A DNA stretch of 64,000 nt, taken from assembly GCF_036588685.1 (NCBI RefSeq), contig NC_086377.1:12586001-12650000 (forward strand), given 5' to 3'. Both the position numbers and the translations under genes were made by a program. The stretch is from Mytilus trossulus. Its lineage: Eukaryota. Below are positions 51,744 through 64,000 of this stretch, one piece after another. Each line of letters begins with the position of its first letter. Positions within the stretch are counted from its first letter, which is position 1. The notes under the pieces were generated by a model. That model saw only the letters and a program-made list of their open reading frames with translations. It did no database searches and was not told where the DNA came from.

Positions 51744-54700
51744 TATGGAATTTACAGCTGCAGATATATATAAATTTCTATTAATATTTCTAACAACAAG
51801 CTCATCAAGTTTCTCTTCGTCTTGGATCAGACGTGAGCCTTGTGGTCTGATCCTGACCTGTTTAAAGACAGGTCTTTTGAGGAGTTCGAGGACAAGTTCC
51901 TCTGAAAAGCAAGTTATTTTGTCCTTTTGAATGGCATGTTGTCCTTTTCTTTACCTCCTTGTGGTGACGAGAAGTGGGTGTTTTGAGGACTCCGGAATTT
52001 CAAATGTGATAATGGTGGAGTTGGTGATCTGACATAATTGCTCAAAGGGCGCATTGACGGGGACTAATTTTCTCGATGGTCGGTTACAACTGTCATCTTT
52101 TAATAACTGATTAACTTTAGATATTAAGTCTTTGATATTGAATTGTAAAACGTTTACTACTTTTTCAGTCGTCTTACTGTTTTGCGAAGCCCTTGGCCTC
52201 TGTGGACAATAATTAGAGTCGTTCACGTACGGAAATAGAGCTTGCAGTTGCGAATATGACTGAGGACCGCCAGCAGTGGTTCTATTGACTCCATACCTGG
52301 CTTTCTGGTACGCTAATGAAAACTTAGTGCATTTTAATGATCTATGTATAGTTCTGTGATTTATCTCTACGATTAACCGGGCCTTTTACTCTGGCGTTCA
52401 CGGAGGAAGTATTCCAAAGGTATATTGCAAGAAACGGCCAAGATTAGCGGTTGAGGACTCCTACTCCTTCTCCTTACATAAGACTCTTTCAGTTGGGATA
52501 AGTCTCGGTCAAAAGACTCCTCACTTGATGATGAGACTTTCCTTTGGCAGTGTTTTCACTTGTGCCTGTCAGATGTAGTTTCACGGATTGTCTCACGTGA
52601 AGTGTTGTCACAGAATGGACATTACAACTGGAGTAGTCAGCTGAAATGATATTGCAGTTCTGTTTAGAGTGTCCTTTATTGATCCTGAGTAGAAAGCTGG
52701 GGATGTCGATACAGCTGATCCAATAATATGCTTGACTCTCGGAAGCAAGATACTACAAGGTCTTTGTAGTGACAATGTGGGTGCAGGACAATTTTCAAAA
52801 AAGATAGGGTCATAATCTGATAATGAAGCCAAAGTCCCTAGTCCAGTGTGACCCTGTCAGACAAAATAATTTGATTTTGTTTCATGGGTTCTAGATATCT
52901 AATTAGTTTCACAATGTAAGGATCCTGGTGGATCCAAAGGTCCCTGTTCAATTGAAAACATTCTATCCAATTATTCTTTATTGGTGAGTGTTGCATTCAA
53001 CTGTACCTTGATATCAGACTGAGCTTGTCCAATAGATAAAGGAGTATCCATAGGTGGGGCCCAGCCCCCCTGACCAACAGAAACGTCAGTCTTGGGTTTC
53101 TCATGTTTTTGTTATGTTACTTCAGGTGCAGTATTGAGAGTGGTTTCTGCTGAGGCACACAAGTTTTCCTGGATGAATGTGTTCATGAAGTATAACTCAT
53201 TCGACTTTGAGAGTCCAGTAGGTTTACTAATAGTTGACACTTTGCCTGATATGATGTTAACTTGGCTGGATTGCCTAATAAATTAGATTGAATTCCTTGT
53301 TGGTCCTTAGTCTGCTGGTAATCATGTTTTATCACAGTGTCTTGTTCTCCTGCACTTGTTGTTCAGGATGTTCGTTCTTCAATAATGATAACTGATTTTT
53401 GAACTAGGTGGTTGACCTTACTAACTGGGTTCGCTCTTTTTAAGTTAGTCGAATACATAAGTCCGTAGTCAATTCATTCTTTCTGATAACTTCTGACATT
53501 TTTTGTATCTCCCTCTTAAAGTCCTGAAGTTACACTGGATATGTCATGTTTGAATACCTGCTTGAAACTCACTAGATCATTATGTAGTTTCTGGTAAAAG
53601 AATAACATACCAGGTTCAACAAAATATTTCTTTAAAATTGATTTTGGCACACCAGTAATGTTTAAAACTGTATTTAGGTCTATGCAATGAGAGGAATCTT
53701 TAACCTTAAGTATCTGTATCGACATTTCATTGTATACACCCTCAACTGATTAAAGTTGATCCAAAGTGGCATCAATAAGTATTATATTTTTTTTGGTTTT
53801 AAATAGTTGTTAATTTAAACTGATAGTATACTGTGTCGGGAGGAATACACTAATGTACTTTGCCACAAAGATCGGTGTTCGTAATCAACCACGATGTCTG
53901 GCTATTCAAAATGGCGACTCATTAAAATGAGAAACTAGACAATCATTCAATTTCATACAGTGAATCTGATTTGTAGTACTGCCTGAAAAGTACTTACACT
54001 TTCCCAAATTGATGAAGGATTATGTTTAAGATATAGCAGAGGCTATAATTTGCAGTAATGAAAAGCAAATGGTGTGAAACGTACCGTGCAGGGCGGTAGT
54101 TTCAAAATCAACAGATTCGTCCGACGCCAATGTTGTGATCCGAGCATGTAATGAATAATACACAAAAACAAGATATGAAACTCACAAGGGTTTATTTATT
54201 AATGCAATCAATAAATGTCAATATACTTAAATGCATGTGGTTATACGTAAAAAGTTCGAATGTTGTGTTCTGTGTAATACGTCACGAATTCATTCATGAT
54301 AAGGTACATATAAAACATAGACTGGTTCAGTACTTTGTTTTGGTGTTCAGCTCGAAAATACGTTAGTATATTGAAACATCCTGATCACAGAGTAACAACG
54401 AACACGTTACAAAACCTAGAAAAGCATACAAACACAGTGCAACAAAATTACAAACGCCGTCACGAGACTGTTTTAACGCCAGAAAAGTGACATCACAGGT
54501 AATATCATACTTGGCGATGAAATTAAAACTATAAGCGATAAGCATTTAAAAATATCCGATCAGAATTACAAAGACTACTTCATAACATGCATCAATGTTG
54601 GATTAACAAATACCGTTACGTGTCTGTTAACAATGCGATTTCACAATTAGTAATTTAGTCATAATCGGGAAAAAATCTTGTTCGGTACTTAAAAGATAAG

Positions 54701-55221
54701 ACGACGTAATTGATAAATCAAAATAGAAGACATGGTAAAATCTCCTTAGTTAATCTAAATTTTAACATGACGTCCTTCAAACGCTTTGAGTACACACCCG
54801 TGGTAAAATTTGAATATATTGCATGGGCTGTTGCGATCGTACTCCCACGTCATATGCTTTTTTATAAATTAGTTTCGCGACGTCATAATACGATGACGTT
54901 AGAATATGAGCATTTTACGGGAAAATACACGCTTGAAAAACCGAAAATCATCACAACATGGCAACGTAAACAAACGATGCTAAAATGTGTTATAAGCCAT
55001 ATTTGTTTAAACATTTAAGACATATAAGTAAATTATCATTTAAAATAATTCAAAACTATTTATATGCGTTATTTGAAATAGTTTAAGCATGTCACTAATT
55101 CAGTTTGCTCCGTTCTTTTACGCCAATTTAATAGTGCGTTTATTTATGGGAATGGCAAATATTTGCCTCCACCTAGAGCGCTTCGATCCAAAAGAATTGC
55201 CGTATTTGTCTTATTAGAATC

Positions 55222-55380
55222 GAAATAATTCATGGGGGCTTGAATATATCTAGATTTTACCACGGGTTGTCCCTTTATGCCGATATTTTACCCCTCTCTA
55301 TCGCTCAGGGTAAAATATTTGTCATAAGTGGCCAACCCGTGGTAAAATCACGATATATTCAAGCCCCCATGAATTATTTC
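55222..55380. repeat. Long hairpin (~70 bp arms)
   Basis: GAAATAATTCATGGGGGCTTGAATATATC...TTTTACCACGGGTTG / CAACCCGTGGTAAAA...GATATATTCAAGCCCCCATGAATTATTTC. Confidence 0.9.
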
Positions 55381-58279
55381 TTAAATGTAAAGAAATTTAT
55401 TTTTAATCTTTCCTCTTCCTACGTAAGTAGCACACTCCTGTATGTAAAGTCTGTATTGTGTGAACGGCTTGAACATAACGCATCATCTCAGATATGTAAA
55501 CAAGAGATTTATTAGATGTAAGTATTGGCTGAAATATGTTTTTTTTTCAGTGATATAACATCATCAATATATCTGAAAGATTTTTTAAAAAAAATTCACA
55601 AGGTGCTTTTCCTTTTTGTCTTTGAGAAACATATGTACGTTTTATGCTTCATACGAATACAAACACAAAAATGCCAGTAGCGGTGTACAATTAGTACCTA
55701 TTGGAACATTGATTGTCTGGTGAAATAGCAAGCCTTCAAGTCAACAAATATACTGTCAATTAAAATGTCAAGCTTTTTTCTGGTATATTCAGTGTGATTC
55801 TTCACAAATTAAGATTCCAACTTTTATAGAAAGAGCTCTGTATGGTGAGATATTGAAGTCGATCTATCAACTAAACATGGGTAAAACAAGTGTTAAGCAT
55901 AAGAAAATTAAAAGTCTTAATGTTTCTATAAAATTTAAGATATTGTGATCTTAAATTATATCTGGTTTACACCACTTACAGAATATATCTCATCAGAATA
56001 TTTGAAGGCCATCTTTTACTGTCGAAAGAATTGTGGTTAGTACATTTTGATGATCCAGCAATGTTTCGTTCCTTATATCGAGTTTGTGAAGTTTTGTTAT
56101 CCAGTAAAATGACGGTAATTTTTCTTCGTTTTTTTTTAATTTTGTTTAAATAAGGAATATGTAGTATTACCAGTTGTATAGCAACCTAAATAGATGATCA
56201 AATAGCTGAGATCCATTCGAACAAAAATGTCCAATTTTGGTTTGTTTTGGTAAGACTTTATACATTTCTAGTCCCCACTTGTATCAACCAGTAACCCGTA
56301 ACCCGTTATTCTTTTTCCAGTTGATTAGCTGTGGAATTCTATATTTTAGTCTCTTGACCAACCACTGTCTTTGCTGTTCATTGGTAACGATACAACTATC
56401 TCTAGTACTTACCTGATTATATGGACTCTGAAAACAAACATTTCTTACATCACATTTTACTTAATGATAATGGTACACAATTCAACCAAACAAATCAATT
56501 TGTTTTGGCCCCAGATGACGTTTAAGATTTTTATATCATTGAAAAAGCTACAAATTATCTCCCTTTGGTGAAAAATGCCATTTTTTAATTTATTATAATT
56601 GAATTTTTTTTTGGACTACTCGCGATCTGTGACCTATACTGTTTATTATGTTTTTCAAAAAAGCTGTATTCAAAAAATGACTACTGTCAAATTTAAGCGA
56701 TATCTGTATTTAAGTTCTTTTTTTATTTCGATATTACCGTTTTTCTCCTTTAACATGTTTTAGTTCGACATTGAAAAAAAAGTAACCTAATGAAAATACT
56801 TGCTTCTTTTGAAGGCGGATTGTGAGCTAAAATGACCCTATATTTTTATTCTATTTTTTTCTATCTAGTATAAGATATGTATATAAAAAGCATATGTTGT
56901 ATGATTGCCAATGAGACAACTCTCCAGAAGAGACCCGATGTGACAATGTAAAACAATTGAAACAAGAAATCTAACTGCCTTATTTATGTACAAAAAATGG
57001 ACGAATACACATAAACAAACGACAACAACTACTGGCTTCTGACTTGGGACAGGCACATACATACATAATGTGGCCGGGTTAAATATGTCATCGGAATCCT
57101 AATCCTCCCCTATCTTGGGACAGTGGTATTACAGTACAACATAAGAAGTTTGTTAATAGAAAAAAAATAGCGAAATCTAATATTAAAAAAAAAGATTTAT
57201 ACCCGCGAGGTCCCTTAACATGATTGTTTAATGTGTTTAATTCATGTCTTTAATAAGCTATTGATGTCGATGGCTGGTCATCAGATCGTAAAAACTCATT
57301 GCGAAATTGATGTATGGTGACAATTTTTAATAAATATGGTTAACACTGACTAACCGCAAACATTAAATGATACATATTTTTTAACACTATAGTACAGTTC
57401 ATGTCGTTATCACGGATATGTTTCATAATAACGTACACTTTGCTGATGTAATCGCGAACAGAACAAAGGCACAGATTTACCTAGTAGTTGATATGTGCTG
57501 GCTTTTTTGACAACATACATATATCTCGCAAGAATTTTGCTTCAGTAACTCTGTAATAGCTGAAATATGATAAGTAAACGTGCTCTTTGGCGACATTTCT
57601 ATGCAGTGTATCATAATACAAGATATCAAAGGTAACATGGTTTAGTTTAATACGTTAGACGCGTCATATATACAAGATTTACAGTTTGATGTAGACCAAT
57701 CTCGCGTGCATTTTCTGTGCGTAAACACCGTAATTTCAGTAGACAATAAAAGTAAACGTTTTACTTCCGCGTTTACCTTTACGTTAACATGAGAATGGCT
57801 CGTCTTCTAATTTTGTAAAGAGTAAACGCACGTTTACTTTCGCGTTAATTGTTTTACATTGTCATTTCAGGGCCTTTTATAGTTGAATATTCGGTATGGG
57901 ATATGCTCATTGTTGAAAGCCGTACGGTGACCTAGAGTTGTTAATTTCTGTGTCATGTGGTATATATTGAGGACATTTGTCTCATTGGCAATCAATACAC
58001 ATCATCTTTTTATTATTAACGTGAAATAGGGCGCATCTTATATTTTCGTAAAAGCACTTGTATTGTGTGTTGTACACGCGTGTTAACGCAGACAGAAAAT
58101 ATTGACCTTACATATCTAATGATAAGGTTCATCAACATTGTTCGAATGGCATATTGACGAATACAGTTGAAGATATTACAGCTTTAAATAATTAAAAAAT
58201 AATCATAAAAATATTTTTTTTTCTGCACAAAAAAACAGACAAGCTTGTCTTAAATTCATCCAATTAATTAGACCTTTAC

Positions 58280-59260
58280 CAAAATCCAGCAGTTTTCACA
58301 TCTCAAACTGACAAAAATATAACAAAAACTTTTGAGCGACTCAACCAAAAATGACCATATTTGCAGTTTATAATGCTAATCTATCGTGCATCATAGTAAA
58401 TCGGTAATATTTCTGTGCCAGGATTGATTATGTAAAACCATCAATGGGGCTTTCAACTGAAAGAAGGAAAATCATGATCGCCTGACTATTTGGTACAGTT
58501 TGCACACTTCGTCTATTAATGGATTTCAGATAATAACGATGTCAGCAATATTGGAACACAATGACTACATAATGTTGTCAACATCAAATTAGAGTGCCAG
58601 CATGTCCTCTTTTTATTCAAAATATCGTAAAAAAATAACAGTATTTTCAATACTTTAGACGGACTAGTTTGACCAAATTATTTGACCGCATCAACCAAAA
58701 CTGAAAATATTTGCAATTTATTATGTAAATTTTAAAGTCGCATAGTAAATCTGAAATAATTCAATGTCATGATTGATTGTATTATAAATATGATAGCAAT
58801 AGTTAAACACAATGACTAAAACAATTTGTCCACATCAATTTGGAGTGCAAGCATGTACTCCTTATATTCAAATTATTCAACCATAAAAAATATCAGTAGT
58901 TTCGATACCTCAGACTGACATGTATAACAAAATGTTTTTACCGCATCAGCCAAAACTAAAAAAAATATTTGCACTTCATTATGCAAATGTTATAGTGGCG
59001 TAGTAAATCAGTATTATTTTTCTGTGAGGTGTGATTGTTTAATACAAATGACAGCAGTATTGGAACACAATGTATATGAAGTATATATTTTTCGGCATCA
59101 ATTAAAAATGCCAGCTTCTCCTCTTTTTATTCAAAATATTGAATAATAAAAAAAAAATATTTCTCCTCATTAACCATTTGTCAACCAAAACTGATCATGT
59201 CTGCACTTTATATTTCTTATAGTCGCATAATATATCAGTAGTATTTTCATAGCAAAATAT
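58280..59260. repeat. Degenerate tandem repeat, about 4 units of 235-350 bp
   Basis: CAACCAAAA(A/C)TGA...TTTGCA...ATAGTAAATC recurs near 58343, 58692, 58947 and 59182. Confidence 0.6.
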
Positions 59261-60819
59261 ATCAGTACTTTTTATACCCCATATAATAATCAGCACAATA
59301 TCATACCGTGCTACAGAAAAATTTAAATGTTGAAAAAATAATCATTGTTTTTCTTTAAATTAAAACAAGGAAATTTTTAAATTAATATTACTAAACATTC
59401 CAAATATTGGCCTTTTATATAAACTGAACTGTTCATTTTTATTTAAATCAATTATACCAATTATAATAGAATCTGAATAGTTAAAATAATGCATTATTTT
59501 ATTAAAGCGGGGAAGCTCAAAGTCGAATTGACTGATGTCCCTATAAATTGTTATATATAAAATCACTGTAGTTCAAATAAGATGTTGTCATCAAGGAAGC
59601 ATCAATACTAAGATAAGAGCTCAGTAATAGAAGATAGTCACTGAATAATATGGTCGAGACTTTCTTATGCATACTTTGTTTAAGGGAATTGGAAATTTAT
59701 GTGTTGTAAAAGAGCGACACACCATGCAAGCTTGACATTGCAAGTCATAAGTTAAAATAAACAGATAAGGACCAACAGACTAACAAAAGTTCACAATAAA
59801 CATAGATAATTAAAGAGAAACACGAACAAACAAATTGGGGCTTATATACGGTGCCCTGCTGGGTAACATATCCTGGTCTCTATATGGCACTCGTTAAAGG
59901 ATAAGGTCCGGAAGAGGCCGATTTTAGCCTCAAATTTCAAGTTTATCTGACGGAAGGTTTTTGACAATTTTTTAAACACTTGAATATCTAGTTTAGTTGA
60001 TTCAATACGTATATGTAACAGATTTTAACTGAGTTTATCATTCAAAACGCCCCGATTCTAGCTTAAATTTGAAAAATCTATCAAATATGACAAAAATTGT
60101 CACCTTTCAAACGATTTTTGTCAAAAATGAAAGTGGCCGCATCCGTGTTCATCCCCAACCTTAATATATGTTATGTAATCTCATCAAAGACAAATTACAA
60201 TTCAATGTAAAGATTGAACAGGAATGCAGCCATTTTCGTTTAAGACGGAAACCGTCTAAAATATATCTAAAATGCTAACATTGTGAAGATTTCGGTAAGT
60301 TAGCATGACTTGATGATGCTACTTCCCGATATATGTGCATTGTATTGTCAAACACATCACATATTTATTAAGCAGATGCATTTTACGGTCCTCTAAATAA
60401 ATAAAAGTATACATTTTAATAATTTTGTAAAACTGCTCTTTGTTAGGGACAAAAGGGGTCTCACTGAACCTACTACTTTTGAAAACATTAAAACTAAACA
60501 AATTATAGAGCACACTTAAATATTATGGATAAGTAAAACATTAGCCTCATGAAACAGTATTCTTTTTTTAACAATCAATGCTATTGGTATACTTTCTGAC
60601 AAAGTAGTTGACAGTTCTTTCTTAGGCTACTATTTATCAAGTATTGTGAAGAAACACTTGTTCTTTGTATAATATTCTCTTTTCATTGAAGACGATATAA
60701 TTTCTACATTTATATTTCATTCTTCATGCCCGTCTTAACAAGAAATAAAGATATTGTATCTTTGCATTAATCTGTTCTGTGAACTTATTACACCAATGAA
60801 ACCGTTTACATTCCTTTAT

Positions 60820-61145
60820 AATGCACTATAAGATGATGCAATAATTAATGTTGATAGATTTATACTTTTCTCATTTACAACTGGCTGACATCAGCTAACT
60901 TCTTTTTTCTTTCTGAAAGTATCATATTTTATGTTCGTGATAGCTGCATGCTATGTACAGGACTGTGTCCACAAAAACACATACCTAATCAACATATGCA
61001 TGAATTGCACCATTTAAAACCGCAATTTTATAATTCTCCTTTTTCATAATTTATCAAACCACTGTTTTTTTAAGTAATGCATCACGTGTCTTACAATAAT
61101 CATAGTATAAAAGAACATTCATATCTGAGTATATTTCACATCTTC
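60820..61145 (+). promoter_or_regulatory. Family promoter module of copy 6
   Basis: TGATGCAAT 60834-60842, TGACATCA, CACGTG 61083-61088, TATAAAA 61106-61112. Near-identical to the copy 4 promoter. Confidence 0.7.
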
Positions 61146-61169
61146 TACAGATCAAAGTAACCCATCATA

Positions 61170-61413
61170 ATGTTGACTCTACTTCTAGTTTCTCTTGTTG
61201 CCTCTGTTTCGGCATATGGCAAAGGAGGTCCATTATTAGGAGGACTTGTTAGTGGTGGAGTTGTTTCTGGTGGTCCACTCATTGGCGGCGGTGGAATTAT
61301 TGGTGGGGCTGGTGGAATTGTCAGTGGTAGTGGACTTCTGCTTAACAATGGTGGATTAGGAGGATTAGGAGGATTAGGTGGATTAGGAGGATTGGTTGGA
61401 GGAATACATACAG
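61170..61413 (+). CDS. Copy 6 coding exon 1: signal peptide and Gly-rich block
   Basis: ATG at 61170, MLTLLLVSLVASVSA|YGKGG...GIHT; donor CAG|GTATGT at 61413/61414; phase 1. Confidence 0.92.
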
Positions 61414-61585
61414 GTATGTTATAAATGACCATTTATATTATGGAAAGGAAAAAATCCACAACCCGTTATAAAATGGCTCCTAACAATAGTTTAATAAAAA
61501 TAATTTAAATATTTGGTATATGCATGCACATTTGTTTTGACATTGCATTCAACGTTTGTGTAATAATTTACTTTTTGCCATAATT

Positions 61586-62820
61586 CCTTGGAGTAAAGCT
61601 GATGACCGTAACTGCATTCACGGTCATCCCAAGATGTCGAAAGAAATATTAGGTTAGTATTTGTATTGTATGTTAACGTGTTTCTAAATCATGTTGTTCA
61701 CAAATCATACATTGATACGATGTAAATTCATAAAAGATTCACACGGAATTCATTATTTACTACCAAGAAATGTGCATGAAACAGGAATTGCGAATTGAAC
61801 AAATCGCTCAGATGACCGTAAATTACAATCGAGATGACCGTAACAGAATCAACAATTCATAACAAGGGTGACTGTAATTGGTTTTAAGATGACCTTTATG
61901 TGTAAATGATGACCGTAACCTTTAGATGATGACCGTCAAATCTTAGAGAAAAATATCCGTAAATGATTAATTGTGTTGGTATAAACGTAATTATAGGAGA
62001 GTATTACTCTATAGGTAGAAGACAATAAGACGTGCTTCAAATACATAGTTAACAAGCAATATCTTCTTTACGGTAAAGGTCTTAATTTTTTAAATGAATT
62101 TGCAACAAGACATGCACATAAACAACAAACGATTTTTGTTTATGTCTGGGATTCCTGTTAATGCCATTATACATAGTACTGGAGACACGTTCATGGTTCT
62201 TAAATTTTTCGTCGTATCGCTGTCAATTTGTATTAGAATATTAACATCGATCTCAATAAATATTTCATTGTTTACGATAAATATGCAATTTACTAGAATA
62301 GTCATGAACCCAAAATACGGCAAATAGTTAAAAACAAATGTATGGAACATATTTATATCCACTAATCGATCCCTTATTGAAACAAAGTAAACAAAAAGCT
62401 ATTACAAATACTGATATCTCTTACAATATTGACGGAAATCTTTTAAAAGTAACGGTCATCTATTATACATTACACTCAGCCTTTACAAATTACAGTCATC
62501 CTTTACAAGTTGCGGTCATCTGTTAACCAATCACGGTCATCCTTGTTATATGTTACGGTCATCTTGAAAATATTTTGATAATGATTTACGGTCATCTTAA
62601 TGATTTTTTCAAATAGAATTTCCCGTTTTATGTACATTTCTGAGTAGTTATTTGTAATTTCCTGTGAATCTTTTATTAATTTACATCGCATCAATGTTTG
62701 CTTTATAAAGAAAAGGATATATAAACACTTTAACAGACAATACAGAAACTGACCTAGTTTTTCATTTGACATCTTGGGATGACCGTGAATGCAGTTACGG
62801 TCATCAGCTTTATCCCAGTG
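61586..62820. mobile_element. Long-TIR element in intron 1 of copy 6
   Basis: Same element at the same position as 36324-37434, also flanked by ATAATT. Confidence 0.72.
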
Positions 62821-63289
62821 ATAATTGTTGTAGCCGTGCGGTGCCATATAGTTGATTATGTATTTGTCATGGCAATCATGCCACATTGTATTTTTCTAAT
62901 GTATAATCAATAAAACGAAATTGAGCATAAAACCACAGTATACGCTATGAACTCTGTAATAGGTGCAAACCTGGTGAACCTATATTAATTGATTCATTGT
63001 TTACACAACTCAAAACAATACATGTATTTCATGTTGATAACATCTGTCATTATAAAGAATCAATGCTCTAACTCAATCAACAATAAATACATGTACATTT
63101 GGCGCTGCATTTAACTTCCTGATTTATCATACAGCTCTTATGAGCATTTACTTGTTTGGTAAATAAAGAAAATCGCTTTGGAAGTATATCATTTACTAGT
63201 GTTAGTATGCACGTCATCAACGAATTGGACGATGTTTAATATATGACATTATGACATTTTGTAATTTCTTTCTTTTAATATCTTTACAG

Positions 63290-63690
63290 GACTTGTTGGT
63301 GGAGGTCAACCATGGTGCACATGCAGTTTGAAATGTGCTCCAGGACAGATCAAACTCAACAAGAACTGTAACTTGGCACCTCTCCTTCCTGGAGGTTTGA
63401 ATACTTGTTGTTCCTTGTTGCCATGGTGGGTAACCAGCCAAAATTACGGTGCTTCCCTTGGAGGCGCTGGTATTATTGGTGGTGGAGGTATCATCGGTGG
63501 TGGAGGTATTATCGGTGGTGTTAGTGGTCTTGTTGGAGGTGGTAGTGGACTTCTAGGTCCAATCGGTGGTATTGGAGGGCCAATCGGTGGTATTGGAGGG
63601 CCATTCGGTGGTATTGTTACTGGACCAGTCAGTGTAGTTAGTGGAGGCAGCAGCGTTGTCGGTGGATCAACTGGTAACGGATACTATTAG
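63290..63690 (+). CDS. Copy 6 coding exon 2: six-Cys domain and Gly-rich tail (spliced protein 214 aa)
   Basis: Acceptor TTTACAG|GA at 63290; ends GNGYY* at 63690; donor AAG|GTAAGT at 63702/63703. Exon 3 is expected beyond the window. Confidence 0.92.
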
Positions 63691-64000
63691 ATATTCTAAA
63701 AGGTAAGTTTCTGCTTATTAATTAACTTTTCTGTATTAACAGTGTATACACATCGACCGCTTCAATAATAAATAAGTTATTGGTCAAGTCGCGCATTAGA
63801 AATTATTATTTATTTAGATATAGGAAGATGTGGTGTGAGTGCCCATGCGACAACTCTTCATCCAAATAGCAATTTTAAAAAAAGTAATCCATTAAAGGTC
63901 AATGTACAGCCTTCAACATGGAGCATTGACTCACACCGAACAACAACCTATAACGGGCCCCTAAATTTCTAGTGTAAAACCATTCAAACGGAAAAAAAAC

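Overview
AT-rich eukaryotic genomic DNA, most likely a bivalve mollusc (Mytilus-like; inferred from the repeat landscape, not proven). The main content is a cluster of seven paralogues of one spliced gene, called copies 0-6 here, which the ORF track shows only as disconnected exons. Each has two coding exons joined by a phase-1 intron plus a short non-coding third exon. The product is a secreted protein of about 200-215 aa: signal peptide, Y(G/N)KGG, a Gly/Leu/Ile/Val-rich block, a compact six-Cys domain (C-x-C-x3-C-x10-C-x12-CC, trans-defensin-like spacing), a second Gly/Ile/Pro-rich block and a G(K/N)GYY end. Four copies are intact (11.9-13.2 kb -, 35.9-38.4 kb +, 47.7-48.8 kb -, 61.2-63.7 kb +). 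One has a single nonsense codon (30.2-32.7 kb -) and two are truncated relics (4-5 kb -, 21.7 kb +). The copies sit as repeated head-to-head pairs and share a conserved upstream module of about 350 bp. Copy 3 is a chimera produced by an 8-10 kb inverted duplication. The rest of the window is decayed Penelope-like retroelements, MITEs, hairpins, a minisatellite and high-copy interspersed repeats. I cannot name the gene family; the best inference is a cross-linkable extracellular structural protein (shell matrix, periostracum or byssus type). All coordinates were read by eye; repeat boundaries are approximate.
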